Below are positions 1 to 11,649 of a DNA stretch of 64,000 bases, one piece after another. The stretch is from Opitutales bacterium (GTDB lineage: Bacteria; Verrucomicrobiota; Verrucomicrobiia; Opitutales; UBA2987). A program made the translations under genes and the position numbers. The stretch covers positions 320,001 to 384,000 of the forward strand of contig CBDDEL010000016.1 of NCBI GenBank assembly GCA_965226885.1. Direction: 5' to 3'. Every line of letters starts with the position of its first letter. Positions within the stretch are counted from its first letter, which is position 1. The notes below the pieces were generated by a model that did no database searches, had not been told where the DNA came from, and saw nothing but the letters and a program-made list of their open reading frames with translations.

Positions 1-1239
1 CAAAGCGCCCCGGTTTTTTCTCCAGCAAAGCCAGGTAGTGCACCGGCTCGAAAGAGACTTGCTCTTTATCCCAAATGCGGCGGTGCCGGGCCACCTCTTG
101 GCCCCCACAGAAGATCATCACCTGCCGACAGGACCCTTCCACCACCACCGGATGGTGGGCGCAGCGCACCGGCACCGAATAGTCGTTGCACTCGAAGCGC
201 ACCAGCGAGAGGCTGCTGACGCAGGTCGAGCGTTTGCGGCTCGCTTCAAAGGGTATGGGCGGCAACGCCAGCATGACGGCGCGCTCCTCGGCCAGCAGTT
301 CCTTTTTCACCGCCCTTTTCCCGCGTAATTTACGCTCCATGTCCCGCTCACATGCCTCCAACAGCTTTGCGTTGAGTTCCTCCAGGTCCCGAACCTGCGG
401 TACCGGTACCAGGAAGTTGGCCCGGGCATAACGCACGATCCCCTCGACCACGCCCTTCTCGTTGGGCCGGGCGGGCAGACAGAAGTGTTCCTCGAACAGG
501 TAATGGCTCTGTAGCTGCAGAGAAACCCGTCGGTCAGCTTGCGTTCATGCGAACCGATAATCTTACCCACCGCCACCTTCGAGTTGTCATAGGCTGATGC
601 GCCGGGGCACCGCCCCGAAAAACTCAAAAGCTCGCAGGTGCCCCTCCCAGAAGCTCTCCGTGCACTCCCGTTCGAACACCTGCACGAAAAAGGCATCGCT
701 GTAGGGCAGGCTCATGGCAAAAAATGGCCGCCTACGCAATTGCCCCGCCTCCTTCACCAGGGCATGACCGAAGTCCACCTGTCCCTCCCCGGGGCGGTGC
801 TCCAGCGGCACGAACACTTCCCGCCGCCTCGCTCGCAGCTCGGCCACCACCTCCTTGACCGCCGTGTAGCCCCCTTGGTAGCCCTTCTCCCGACCCAAAC
901 GCTGGTAGATCCGTTTGGCCGTATGGCGCTGCTTCTTGGGCACGTTCCGGTCCGCTTTGAGCACCTCCTCGATCCAGCCCACATACGGATCGATCTTGCG
1001 CTCTCGCCTCTTCTTGCGCCGGTCTCCCGGCGGCTGGGAATAGGCCAGCATCTTTCCCAGGGTCTCCCAGTGCAGTCCCTCTTCTCGCATTACAGAGCGC
1101 TTGCTCTGCTTGTCCCGCAGCACTTTGTGCCGCACTCTTGTCCATTGCTTCATATCTCGATACACTCCTCCTTTCTAGGATAAGCGTACCGGTTTTAAAG
1201 CGCCCTCTTTACCGTACCGGTTTTTCCCCGGCGTTTACA
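1..1239 (-). mobile_element. istA: IS21-family element copy 1 (left end plus frameshifted istA; runs off the window start)
   Basis: Near-identical to the intact copy at 43070-47199. Terminal ...GGCGTTTACA ends at 1239. Small indels near 520 and 590 split istA (ORF 587..1165). Confidence 0.95.
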
Positions 1240-1596
1240 GCTGCTCTTCGCTGAAAAACTTCGAGGCCCGCTCCAGGGTGCTTTTGGAGATGCCCCTGAT
1301 GCCATCGATCTGCCGGACACCGGCAAAAGTCGGCCAACAGATCGCTGCTGCCCAGAGCCCGCGACAAATGCCGAAACGAAATCCCTCCGAGCAGACGGCC
1401 CAGCGTATCCATGCGCAGTGCCTTGATGGGCAAAACTGGCCCGCTGCCGCCGGGCCTTTAGACCCATTGGCTGCCACCCCTCCAAGGCCAGCTCAATGGC
1501 CTGCGATTCCACCTCCGAGTCGATCAGCAGCCGATCGATTCGATCAATGGTGGCGCGGAAGTTATCGTAATCGAGGCACCGGTCGACCACAGTTAA

Positions 1597-4297
1597 CCCG
1601 GATATTTCATGAAGGGTAAAGTTTGGCTCGTTATTGCTGTTGGAGATGGATTTCTTTGTATTTTGAGCAGATCGTCTTGATTTTTAGGTGTTTTTCAGGG
1701 TGTAGAGACACTGCCCCCTTTCCCCCATTGGTTCGGTAGTGCCGGGGGCAGCACCAATGCACCCTTTAGGTTGGCACCAATCGGCGGGCCGCATGGTTGA
1801 AAAGACTGGCCCAAGGATAACTCTCACTTAGGTGAAAGTGAATCGTTCGGGTGTTGCGCACGATGACCGCTCCGATCTTGATTAATTTGAGCCGCAGGGT
1901 GTGGCATTGGGCCCGCGCCCACTTCGTCCCTTTTAAGGCTAACCGGCGCATGGCTTCCATCAAGGTGTAGGCCAGCGCCGACAAGAGCAATCGCCACTGA
2001 TTGGCCCACCATTGATGGGCGCTGGTGCGCTCGCTGAACAATTGCATCTGTTCCTTGATTCGGTTCTCCATTTCACCGCGGCCACAGTATACCTTGTCGT
2101 AAAGCTCCTGGGGATCGCCCGGCAGGTTCGTCACCACGAAGCGCGGGTTGGACCCCTGTGCGGTGTGTTCGGCTTTATGGATGACCAACCGCAGCCATCG
2201 CCACGAATCGGCAGCATAGACGAAGTCCTGGAATAACCGTTGTTTTTTACCCCTTAGTTCGAACCATTCTTTGGCCTGCTTTTGCAACTGCTGGGCATCT
2301 TGCTGCAAGCGTGCATTGCGAGCCATCCCCACGATGTAACTAACTTCGTTGCGGTCGCACCAAGAGAGTATCCGGTCTCGACAAAATCCACTGTCGGCGC
2401 GCCAAATAATCCGCGTACGGGGCCAGCTCTGGCGAATCCGTTTAACCAGCAATTTGAGGATGGCCCCGGCATGCTTGCTGGCATCGATCTTGCTCGGCCG
2501 CAGGTAGGCCACCAGCAGCTGATCACCGCAAAAAACATATAGCGGCAGAAAACAGTAATGATCATAATAACCGTGGAAAAAACGTCCCTCCTGGAGCCCG
2601 TGCACCGGAGTGTCGGTGGCGTCAAAGTCCAGGATGATCTCTTCGGGTTCCTCGGCAAAGGAGCCCATGAACTGTTCGACCAACAGCTCGTTTACCGCAA
2701 AGGCCGCCCGCCGATCCTGCCCGTTTTCAAAACGACACAAAGTCGGCGCGCTGGCCAACGTTTCAATGCGCCCCGTTACCGTTTGCAACAATGGATCGTG
2801 GCGCAGGGTATCAAAGTCGTTCAAATCCTCATAGCCCGCCACCAGCCCGTAAACGCGCTGCCGCAGCATCCCCAATACCTCATGGCGTACTTTGCCCTTC
2901 TGCCGTTTGTCCACTAACTGTCGGGCCGCTCGTTCGGTCAAGCCCAACTGCCGATCCACTTCCCGGATCAAAAGCAGTCCGGCATCCGAAGTAATACCAA
3001 ATCTCATTAGGTATGATAATAAGTTATTTGGCAGAAGCGTTTGCTTGAATGTGCTGCCAGCCTCCGCCAACTAAAGAGAGGACTTTTTCAGTGTCCTCCC
3101 ACCAGTCTTTGAGATGGGTTGCGACGACTTCTTCGAGTCGCTCAATGCTCGGCCACAGTTTGTTGGCCGTTTGATCCTGTATCATATCCCAAAGTCTTTC
3201 AATCGGGTTGAGTTCAGGACTATACGGCGGCAAATTCACGATATGTATGCCCGGGGGGACGTTGGGGTGCTCCGAGTCGTGCGGATGGAAGCCTGCCCCG
3301 TCCCATACAACCACATGTTCCTCCTCAGGATATTGCTTTTTGATCTGTTGGAGGAAAGCCTCCGTCCACTGTAGATTCGTGCTAGGGGTTTGGATGCATA
3401 CCATCTCGCCGTTGACCACGTCGAGGGCTCCGTAACAGTAGCTCCACTGGTATCTTGTCTGATATTTTTTGTGCGGCCGAAGCCCTCTTTGCGTCCAGCA
3501 CCGGCGGTACACCGGAAGCAAACCAAAACGGCTTTCATCGGCAAACCACACCCGAACCCGATTGCCTCGGGTGAGGGAAAGCTCCTGGAGGATCTTAAAA
3601 AAGTCTCGCTTGAACGCTTCCGCTTTTGCCGAGTCCCGTTTCTCATGCACGGGCCGAGGGACTCGAAGCACCCCGGCGCATTTTTTTAGCCATCGCCACA
3701 CCGTCTTGTAGGCGAAGGAGCGCCCGAAATGTCGCTCCAGCTCTTGCCCCGCCTGAACGGCTGTGTTCCAGCGCGCGACCTTCAAACCATTGAGCAAGAA
3801 GGCCTCCACCTCTTTGTCGCAACGGCTTTTGATCCCGCCTTTGTAGGCGCGTGTAAGCACCGCCCCGAGCCCTGCAGCACGATATTTGTCAAACCAACGC
3901 TGGATCGTCGCTTTGCCTCGGCCCACGATGGCTCCAATTTCATCAATGCTGTGGTGCGGCTGGAAGCCCATTTTTAATGCCACCAAACGCTCTTTACGCC
4001 AGCCGACAGCCTCTTTGTTGAGCAATTTCTTGATACGTTCACGGTCTTCATCGGTTCCCATATATCTTCTCATTCCGCCTTTATAGCTGTTTTTTAATCT
4101 TTATCAATCCTTTTGCGATTTGGTATAACCTCTCCGCCCTTGAAATCAACCCGCACACGGCGGCCTTTTACCCTTGTCAACTGTAGCTTTAATTGTTTAC
4201 CTTTTGTCATCGCTGATATTGCTTTAATTATTGATCTATCCTGCTGTATATCAGCAGTTAAGCATATCAACGATACTTTTTTTACGAAATATCCGGG
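1597..4297 (-). mobile_element. IS1380-family element copy 1, interrupted by IS630
   Basis: IRs CCCGGATATTTC / GAAATATCCGGG with a 4-bp TTAA duplication. IS1380-type transposase motifs (TSDAGLLL, LDFDAT, RADSGF, RGEMENRIKE). Confidence 0.95.
2995..4125 (-). mobile_element. IS630-family element copy 1 (349-aa transposase 3024..4073)
   Basis: WFADESRFG, WDGAGFH and LPPYSPELNPIE motifs. Ends TACCAAATC / GATTTGGTA flanked by TAA. 1131 bp. Confidence 0.95.
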
Positions 4298-4502
4298 TTA
4301 AAGCTGGACGCAGGAGGCATTGGATGGCTATATTTTTCATAGAAGATGGCTATATTTTTCATAGAAAGGGCTATATTGATTTTCGCTAACTCAATTATAG
4401 AACCCTTTTTTGGCCGGATCGAGCAAAAACTTGCTCTTTCCGGCTCTTTTTATCAACGTCATCCAGTTGACTATAAAATCTTTATATTTTTGGGACAGCC
4501 TC

Positions 4503-4710
4503 CAACTAATTCTAAAGTGTTAAAAGGTCCATCAAGAATCCAATGAATACCAGGATGCGGATAAGGCTCTTTGCGCGGTTCTCCACCGAAGACGGGCTTT
4601 GCAAAGGTTTTTTCTTCTATGGCATACACACAAGCGTAATCGAAATCAGGGTCCCCTGAACCGATAACATAAAATTTTCCAGGTGTGAGTTTTGCAGGCT
4701 GTTCGATCAT
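4503..4710 (-). pseudogene. Short hypothetical gene truncated at its 3' end by the IS end at 4502
   Basis: ORF 4471..4710 reads into the IS terminus. No recognisable family. Confidence 0.35.
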
Positions 4711-5342
4711 TGCGTATAGAGAGCTTGCTTTGTTTTTACACTATTTATTGTGTCCACATTCCCTATCAGATTACGCGCCGCCAATGGGATTTCAAGGAAT
4801 CTCGCAAGGGGGCAGTCCTTTTCCTTTATCTCGTTCAAAGGCAGGAACGCATGATCGCCACATATAGCCTAGAACCCCGCAGAAAAGCCGCTAGCATGGA
4901 TGTAAACCGAAATGAGGGATATGGATAGCCTTTGAGGCCGAAAATGCTTTGTGGGTGGAATATCCTATATTTATCAATAGAATACGGATATTTTATTCTA
5001 ATATAGGGGATTATCCCTATTTAATCCATTTTGGGGGATGATATATTTATCAAATTAAATTTGACAAAAAATGAATGGTGATTGCCCCCGATGTTTCATT
5101 CTGGGCATTCACCCCTTAAACCGCCACAAATTCCCTTGGAAGAAGCCCCCCTGCCCCTCTTACGGCATCAATTATCTCAATCCAGGGGCCAAAGTCATCC
5201 GTCCGGGTGTAAGGTTCCCATACCTACACCTGATTGAGGAATGTCGCTGGGCTCGGATCAGGTTTCAGTATTCGACACACCTCGAATCACGCATCTTGTA
5301 TCCAGAATCCTCTATCATTCCTACAATCTTCCCTCCGGGTAT

Positions 5343-5843
5343 TTATTTTCTTTTGGCGGAAAACAAGGATATGGCGAAACTGGAGTCGATACTGCGCAGC
5401 CTCATGCTAATTTCTCGAGCCAGATTCGTTAGGATGAGGGTATAAATCTTGGGATGCCTTTTCCAGATATGGGACAAGCTTTTTGAGGAAAGAACCAGCA
5501 CGATTGAATCTTTGAGCACTCGCACGGTGGCGGCGCGGGTATGCAACTCGATAATCGCCATTTCACCGAAGGTTTCCCCAATCCCGAGGGTGGCAATCTG
5601 CTCGCTATTGTCGTTTCCTGTATCCGGAACGATTTTGAGAATCTCAACAGAGCCCTCGACAATTAAAAAGAGGCAATTTCCCGGATCCCCTTCGACGACG
5701 ATTTTAGCACCTTTGGGATATTCTTCCTGCCTCATGAAGGTGAGGAATTTAATCAATTCTTCATCTTCAAAACCGCCAAACAGGGCATGGGATTGAAGAA
5801 ATTTCAAACTGACGGTACTGGCGAATTTTTTCGGCTTCGGCAT
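5343..5843 (-). CDS. Cyclic nucleotide-binding (cNMP/Crp-type) domain protein
   Basis: EGDPGNCLFLIVEGSVEI...GETFGEMAII...RAATVR is a canonical cNMP-binding signature. No HTH is evident. Confidence 0.85.
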   Translation of the reverse strand: MPKPKKFASTVSLKFLQSHALFGGFEDEELIKFLTFMRQEEYPKGAKIVVEGDPGNCLFLIVEGSVEILKIVPDTGNDNSEQIATLGIGETFGEMAIIELHTRAATVRVLKDSIVLVLSSKSLSHIWKRHPKIYTLILTNLAREISMRLRSIDSSFAISLFSAKRK

Positions 5844-6033
5844 TAGGTAAAAGTGATTGTTATCCAAGAATTCCCATATGAACATTCATAATCGTTGAAA
5901 ATAGCGCCTTTCAATACGCTTTGGCAATCGTCGCTTTGGCAATCGTCAATCCGCATCCAGTGATAGCTTGCCAGAAAGGGATTCAACACAATCCCAAAGC
6001 CCTTGCCGCCCGTTCACTCGCGGTTCTGAAATT

Positions 6034-6525
6034 TCAGGAGCCTTTTTGCATCGCAGCCATTTTGCGGAAGATACCAGGGCCATGAATTTGACGAAGCATT
6101 TTCCGACGGAGGGCCACAGCCAGTTTAAAGGCTTTTTCCTCCCCATATTTGCGGATGGAGATTGAAGTTGTTTTCAGTACATTGGGGGAAGGGTTCCAAC
6201 TGACCATGTAAATTTCGCTTATTTTCCCGGTAGGGCTTTTCCTTGCCGTGCGGCAGACTCCCAACACTCCGGTAGTATTTCGGGTATTACGAGAAATGAT
6301 CGTCCGACCTCGGGGCTTGGTGGGAATTTGGGCAAGCTTTTCGTAAAGCTCATCCCGGAACTGACGGGCTGCCTGCTGCGCCTTTATTTTACCCCCGCAC
6401 TTCAGGTCGCTGAAACATTTGGAATAGATTTTACCGTTTTTATACCCTTTCACATCCCATCTATGGACTGTTCCCGAATCAATGCGGGTGATTCCTTTAT
6501 TTCTTGGGTTTTTTCCTTTAGCCAT
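6034..6525 (-). CDS. AP2-like DNA-binding domain protein
   Basis: Very basic protein with GITRID...FSDLKCGGK...ARQFRD and NTTGVLGV...SISIRKYGEEKAFKLAVALRR, resembling tandem AP2-like domains. Recognised by eye. Confidence 0.6.
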   Translation of the reverse strand: MAKGKNPRNKGITRIDSGTVHRWDVKGYKNGKIYSKCFSDLKCGGKIKAQQAARQFRDELYEKLAQIPTKPRGRTIISRNTRNTTGVLGVCRTARKSPTGKISEIYMVSWNPSPNVLKTTSISIRKYGEEKAFKLAVALRRKMLRQIHGPGIFRKMAAMQKGS

Positions 6526-6549
6526 AGCCTATATGCTTGGCCGGTCTTT

Positions 6550-7343
6550 TTAAGCCTGCAAAAGTTTGGGCTTGTTCATTTTCCAAGCGGCAGCCCCAGC
6601 CAACAGGGTCATCAATACGATGATGCCCCATTCGTTTAGAGTGGGGATAGCCTGCACCGGCTCGGCGATTCCCGTTGAACCTGGATTAATGATGCCGTCT
6701 TCATAGGCCCAGTCGTGGATGGTGAGCGAGGAACTGTTTGCCGCAACGCTGACCTGGACCCAGCCATAGAGCAAACTCCCTGTGCCACCCGGGGAATTAT
6801 TGATAAATCTGACGCCGATAAATTTGCCTACGACACCAACGGGGAAATTACCAAAATAGGCATTGGAGCCAGATCCAAGTACACCGAAGTAAATACCAGG
6901 CGTGTTATACATCCAGAATCCGGGATTAGAGATGTTGGCAATATTGTAGTTTGTGGTCAAGACTTTGGGAAAGAAGTAAGATCCAGACGTGGCAAGGACG
7001 CCCGCATTAGTTGGGCCTGGACGGATGAGTTTGAAGGGATTGTAGTAACCAGCGTTGTTGGTAGAATAAATGTCAGTATCTCCGTCCCCGTCCAAATCGA
7101 TGGCGGTCGTGGCGTTCGAAGGCGACTGCACAACAATATCTGGCGGGTCGGTGTACTGTATGTGGCAGCCTCTGCCGCAGGGACGACAGCCAGGGCGGCA
7201 CCACCGGCAGCAGCGCTAGCCAAGGCGAGATTGCCGGGCCTTGCTGACCCTTTCCCCGCTGCAAGGGCCGATGCACGGTAGGCCTCAAGCTTGTCCTGTA
7301 AATCAATGATTTTCTTAACTGCTGGCTTTATTCTTTTTTCCAT
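6550..7343 (-). pseudogene. IPTL-CTERM sorting-domain surface protein, frameshifted near 7160
   Basis: C-terminus QAIPTLNEWGIIVLMTLLAGAAAWKM and an N-terminal Ala-rich signal ending AAEAA. Removing 2 nt near 7160 gives AAEAA-IQYTDPPDIVVQSPS. Confidence 0.8.
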
Positions 7344-7813
7344 AATTCATCCTCATCAATGTTCAAAATAAAGGTGGCGTCTTTGAAATACCCATCCAAC
7401 CAATTTTGCATCATAGCTTGCTGCCAACATAAGTCAATCAGTTTGTGTCCGGCTCTTTGCCCTCACCGCAAGGGATGACACAATACAAGGTTCATTCCCC
7501 CCTTTTACAGAAAAAATTTTGATCGGCATTTGAATAATACATGTATGCTTCCTGAAACCCCCTTCCTGAAACCCCTTTTGTAAAATTTCTGGGATGGAGG
7601 GTTTAACCAATACGTATATCGCCACCAGGGAAATGCATCGACCCCCGCCCCCCCTTCGGCAGTCCTGACATTTTCCTATCAAATAACAGCCATTCCTATC
7701 AAGTTTCTGGCCGTTCCTTGCCGTTTAGTTCCTTTCAATGCACAAGCTATGAATGGCATGTAAGCCAGTAAACAAGCGGGATACCCGATGAATAAAGGGC
7801 TAGAAGCTGGTTT

Positions 7814-8445
7814 TTGATTGGCCATGTTGTCGGTTTGACCAACCGGCCTAATATTCCGGGCGAACCGATTGCCGCCCCGGCGCAGCGAAGGGCTTTAAAT
7901 TCTGAAATTAATCCCAAACTAAGGAGAAATATAATGATCGAAAAAATCACCGATAAATTGGGCCTTTCGCCCGATGCCAATGAGGAGGATATCCTGCAAA
8001 CGCTGGAAAGTCTCCTTGATGACAGCCGCCAGTGGAATGAAGCTGGGGCCGTTACCGCCAATCAAGCGGAAACCCTGCGGATGGAGACGAAGCGTCTGCA
8101 AAACCGGGTCAGCGAGGCGCGCGCATTGAACTGATTTTGCAGGGGGCGCTGCGGGAGGCCCGCATCTGGCCGGCGGAAAAGGAGGAATGGGAAAGCCAGC
8201 TAAGGGAGAATTTCGATGAATCCGTGGAAGTCCTGGCCAATGCGCAGCCGATTCTCAATACCCACAGCCGCACGGCAGAGCTCGCAGGGAGCCATTTTAA
8301 AATGAGCCGCCAGGAGCGATTTCTGGAGGTGGTCAACGACCGCATGGACCGCACCGGAGAGGACTTCACAACGGCCTGGTCGAACTGCAAAAGGGAGCGC
8401 AGCGATCTGTTTGAACGATTGGCGCAACCCGACCGCAGCCGTTGA
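7814..8445 (+). pseudogene. Mu gpI-like head protease/scaffold remnant (N-terminus missing, frameshift in a GC repeat near 8120)
   Basis: VGLTNRPNI followed by LGLSPDANEEDIL and coiled coil. Deleting one GC from GCGCGCGC joins ORFs 7814..8134 and 8137..8445 (SEARIELILQGAL). Confidence 0.65.
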
Positions 8446-8533
8446 AGAGGAAGATTTTTCAGCAATTCATTCCATTTATTAGAATCATGGAAATGAATTT
8501 ACCACTAACCATCAAAAATAAAATACCAAAACA

Positions 8534-9197
8534 ATGACAACAATACTCCTGATTAGCATGACAATTGCCTTCGCCTTGATCGCGTGGGTCGTTCTGGAAA
8601 AAGTAAAAGGAGCCTCCCGGCCACGATTTTCCAATGTGACCGAAGGCACTCACGAGGGCAGCATCACGAAAAAAACTGACGCCGCCCTGAGCACCCGTTT
8701 CTCCCTCGTAAAAATCGGCAGCGACGCTGATCACATTGCCGTGTGCGGAGCGGGCGACCGGCCCCTGGGAATCGCCACCGATGAAGCGGAGGCGGCCGAG
8801 GACAACCTAAATGTGAACCTGCTGGGCTCCTCATCTAGCACCCAGAAAGCGGTTGCCAGCGAGGCCATCGCGGTGGGCGACTCCGTCTTCACGGCGGCCT
8901 CGGGCAAGGTGCAAAACGAACCCGGCGGGGCCGGGACCTACTACCTGGTGGGGAGGGGCCTTGACGGCCGCCGGAGCCGATGGCGAGGTCATAGAGATCG
9001 AGCCACAGGCGCCCCAGCGTACGGTGGTCATCGCCACCCTTGGAAACACCGATGCGGAAATCGGTGGTTTGACCATCGGGGGAACCTACACCCAGTCCGA
9101 AGTTGAAGCCCTCCGGGACAAGGCGGAGGAACTGGCGGACGATGTGCGCGCCCTGGCAACGGCGCTGTCCGAGCCCTCATTAGTGAAAGTCCTCTAG
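8534..9197 (+). pseudogene. DUF2190-like capsid cement/decoration protein, +1 frameshift in a G-run near 8955
   Basis: RPLGIATDEA...VASEAIAVGDSVFTAASGKV...YLVGR|ALTAAGADGEVIEIEP. It lies between the scaffold and capsid genes. The frameshift could be a homopolymer sequencing error. Confidence 0.7.
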
Positions 9198-9265
9198 TCG
9201 AGGATGGAGAACCGAAATTAAAAAAAATCTGCAAACAACCAAAAAAAAGAAAGAGAACCTGTTTT

Positions 9266-10240
9266 ATGAAAACCAATATCAATCCCTACTTCCCCGCCAT
9301 GCCTCTGGCCGTCGATGACGGTATGCAGGCGCCGGGGATCATTTGCGCGGCCAATGAAAGCCGTTTCAACGCCGCCCATCTGTCCGAGCCGCTGACCGCT
9401 TTCACGGTGGGCTGGCAAGACCCCGAAAACCTGCGCGAGCTGCTCGATTTCATCGCCCCGGTGGTGCTGGTGGGCCGTCGTTTCGAGTTCAAAAAAGCCG
9501 TCAACGCGGAAGCATTTTTGTCCGAAACGGATGATGTGCGGGCCATCGGCTCGGCCTTCAAGCGGGTCGAGTACAGCGGCGAAACGGTGAATGAAAAGAC
9601 CTTTAACAAGGGGCTGACCATTCGCATCGACCACGATGAAGAGGTGGGAGCCGAATGGCAGGAACGCAATGTGCAATTGCTCTTGCAGCGGCTTTACCGC
9701 AACGAGGTGCGCCGAGCCATCACCGCCCTGGACGGGGCCGACACCAATCTGGCCAAGACCTGGGACGGCAGCTCGAATCCGGACGCCGATGTGCGGGCCT
9801 CCCTCATCCTTGCAACAAGTGCTACCGGCGCCCGCCCCAACCGGGCGATCTTCGGCGAGGGGGCCTGGGATATCCGGGCCAATGCCTACGATGGGCAAAA
9901 CAACGCGGGAGCCTACCGTTCGGCCGGGCTCACCCCGGAGGAATTGGCGCGCAAGCTGTTCATCAACGGGGTGCGCGTGGTGAGTGCCCGCTACCAATCT
10001 TCCGCATCCGCCAAGAGCAAGATACTGGGAGACACCGTTTACCTGTATTATGCCCTCGATGGGCAGATGAAGGATGAGCCATCCAACATCAAACGATTCG
10101 TCACTCCTTCAGAGGAGGGGCATTTCCGGGTCTATGTGGAAGACCATAGCAAATTCACCGATATCACAGTGGAGCATTACAGCAATGTAGTCATCACATC
10201 CTCACTGGGAATACGCAAACTCACCGTCTCTGCATCCTGA
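9266..10240 (+). CDS. Putative phage major capsid protein (324 aa, intact)
   Basis: Size and position after the protease/scaffold and cement genes, followed by a terminator. The family call is an inference from synteny. Confidence 0.7.
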   Translation: MKTNINPYFPAMPLAVDDGMQAPGIICAANESRFNAAHLSEPLTAFTVGWQDPENLRELLDFIAPVVLVGRRFEFKKAVNAEAFLSETDDVRAIGSAFKRVEYSGETVNEKTFNKGLTIRIDHDEEVGAEWQERNVQLLLQRLYRNEVRRAITALDGADTNLAKTWDGSSNPDADVRASLILATSATGARPNRAIFGEGAWDIRANAYDGQNNAGAYRSAGLTPEELARKLFINGVRVVSARYQSSASAKSKILGDTVYLYYALDGQMKDEPSNIKRFVTPSEEGHFRVYVEDHSKFTDITVEHYSNVVITSSLGIRKLTVSAS

Positions 10241-10297
10241 TCCCCAACACGACAACACTAAATGACACATGCCGGAAACGATCCGCATGGGTCAACG

Positions 10298-10326
10298 GAA
10301 GGGGCCTTCGGTCCCCTTCTTTTTTT
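10298..10326 (+). terminator. Rho-independent terminator after the capsid gene
   Basis: GAAGGGGCC-TTCG-GTCCCCTTC hairpin followed by a T7 run. Confidence 0.8.
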
Positions 10327-10482
10327 CTGGAAACTTTCTGGAAACTATTTGAAATCACACCTTAAATAAGAATTTTGCGAAATTATCGAAACCAGAGCGG
10401 CGAGTTCATTGTTAATAGGCAATGTAAAAGCGGGCTCGACAAGACAGCCAATATGCAAACCCAATTCAAGTTATTCAGCTTT

Positions 10483-10893
10483 ATGAAACGATTACTATTC
10501 CTTCTTCCGGCATTGTTTCTGCTCTCGGCGTGCAGCAAAGATATGCAGCTGGTTGAATTCAAATCCGGGGCCAGGGCAGAAGGATTCTGGGACTCGGGCA
10601 AACGAGAGCTGCGGATTTATCTGGAGGATGGCGAGATACTGACCGGCAAATTCATCAAAATGAGCCAGGCCCGTTTTCGAATTACAACCGGGGTAGGATT
10701 CGGGGGCCGCCACACGCGGGCCGGGGTTTACCCGTCCATCGGCATTGATGGCCAGGGCAATATTTACGCGCTACTTGAGGACCCCAAATCCCATTTGGTA
10801 ATGGAGGTGGTGGCCGATTACAACTGGCTCGGGGGGGGAGGACACGGCGAGGCCCGGACCAACGACGGCCGCGTTTACAAGATGGTTTTTTAG
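10483..10893 (+). CDS. Putative lipoprotein
   Basis: MKRLLFLLPALFLLSAC signal peptide with lipobox LSAC. Confidence 0.7.
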   Translation: MKRLLFLLPALFLLSACSKDMQLVEFKSGARAEGFWDSGKRELRIYLEDGEILTGKFIKMSQARFRITTGVGFGGRHTRAGVYPSIGIDGQGNIYALLEDPKSHLVMEVVADYNWLGGGGHGEARTNDGRVYKMVF

Positions 10894-11131
10894 AAGCCTG
10901 AGGCCGTTTAGTGGATCTCAAGGTTCTTGCCATGCCCGGTGGGCATCAATTGGATTTTCGTTTACCCGCTGTTAAGCAAATATCAGCCCGTTGGAAGGGC
11001 CCATAATCAAGTTCGAGGAAGATGTGGAAAAAACGATTGCCTAGAGCTTATCATAAGGCTAAATCGTTTTTATTCTAAGAACTTCGTTATTTGTCCGATA
11101 TTTATTTAACCTCTGCGCCGACCATATAAAA

Positions 11132-11506
11132 ATGGGTATGAAAATTCTCACCATAGACGATTCCAGGGCCATTCGGCTCATTCTCAGGAAAGCCTTCAAA
11201 GGGTACGATTGCGAAATTATGGAAGCCACCAATGGGAAAATCGGTCTGGTTGCGGCGGAGAAAAAGCCGGACTTGATAATCCTCGATGTGACTATGCCGG
11301 TGATGGATGGCATCACCATGCTAAAGAAGTTGAAGGAACATGAGGTTTTAAGGTCGATTCCGGTTATCATGCTAACCTCTGAAGGTGGGCGGTCCATTTT
11401 GGAGGAATTACAAAAAATCGGCATCAGCGACTATATTCAAAAACCCTTCAATGCCGCTCAAATAATTGAAAAAGCGCGGCCGTTCATTACGGTTGAAGCA
11501 AGTTAA
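11132..11506 (+). CDS. Single-domain response regulator (CheY-like receiver)
   Basis: ILTIDDS...PDLIILDVTMPVMDG...VIMLTS...YIQKPF. Confidence 0.9.
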   Translation: MGMKILTIDDSRAIRLILRKAFKGYDCEIMEATNGKIGLVAAEKKPDLIILDVTMPVMDGITMLKKLKEHEVLRSIPVIMLTSEGGRSILEELQKIGISDYIQKPFNAAQIIEKARPFITVEAS

Positions 11507-11649
11507 TGGACATCGGGGAATTGAAGGAACCGTTCCCCCAATACACCGATATCAGCAATTCTTTCCTTTTTAATACTGCTCCGGGCCATGCCTAGGGCAT
11601 TGCAATTCCCTGCTTTTTTTCAAAAAACTTATCCACTGGGAGCTTGTAA

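Larger units (their letters stand above)
1240..4502 (-). mobile_element. IS5/ISNCY-like element copy 1, interrupted by IS1380 and cut by IS21
   Basis: 1240-1596 and 4298-4502 match the element at 58239-60075. IR TTTTGGGACAGCCTC ends at 4502. The transposase fragment (VDRCLDYDNFRATIDRID) is frameshifted. Confidence 0.9.

Noticed and set aside
7814..10240. Intact prophage or encapsulin operon
   Set aside because: There is no integrase, portal, terminase or tail gene and no cargo enzyme. The layout is a partial Mu-like head module.
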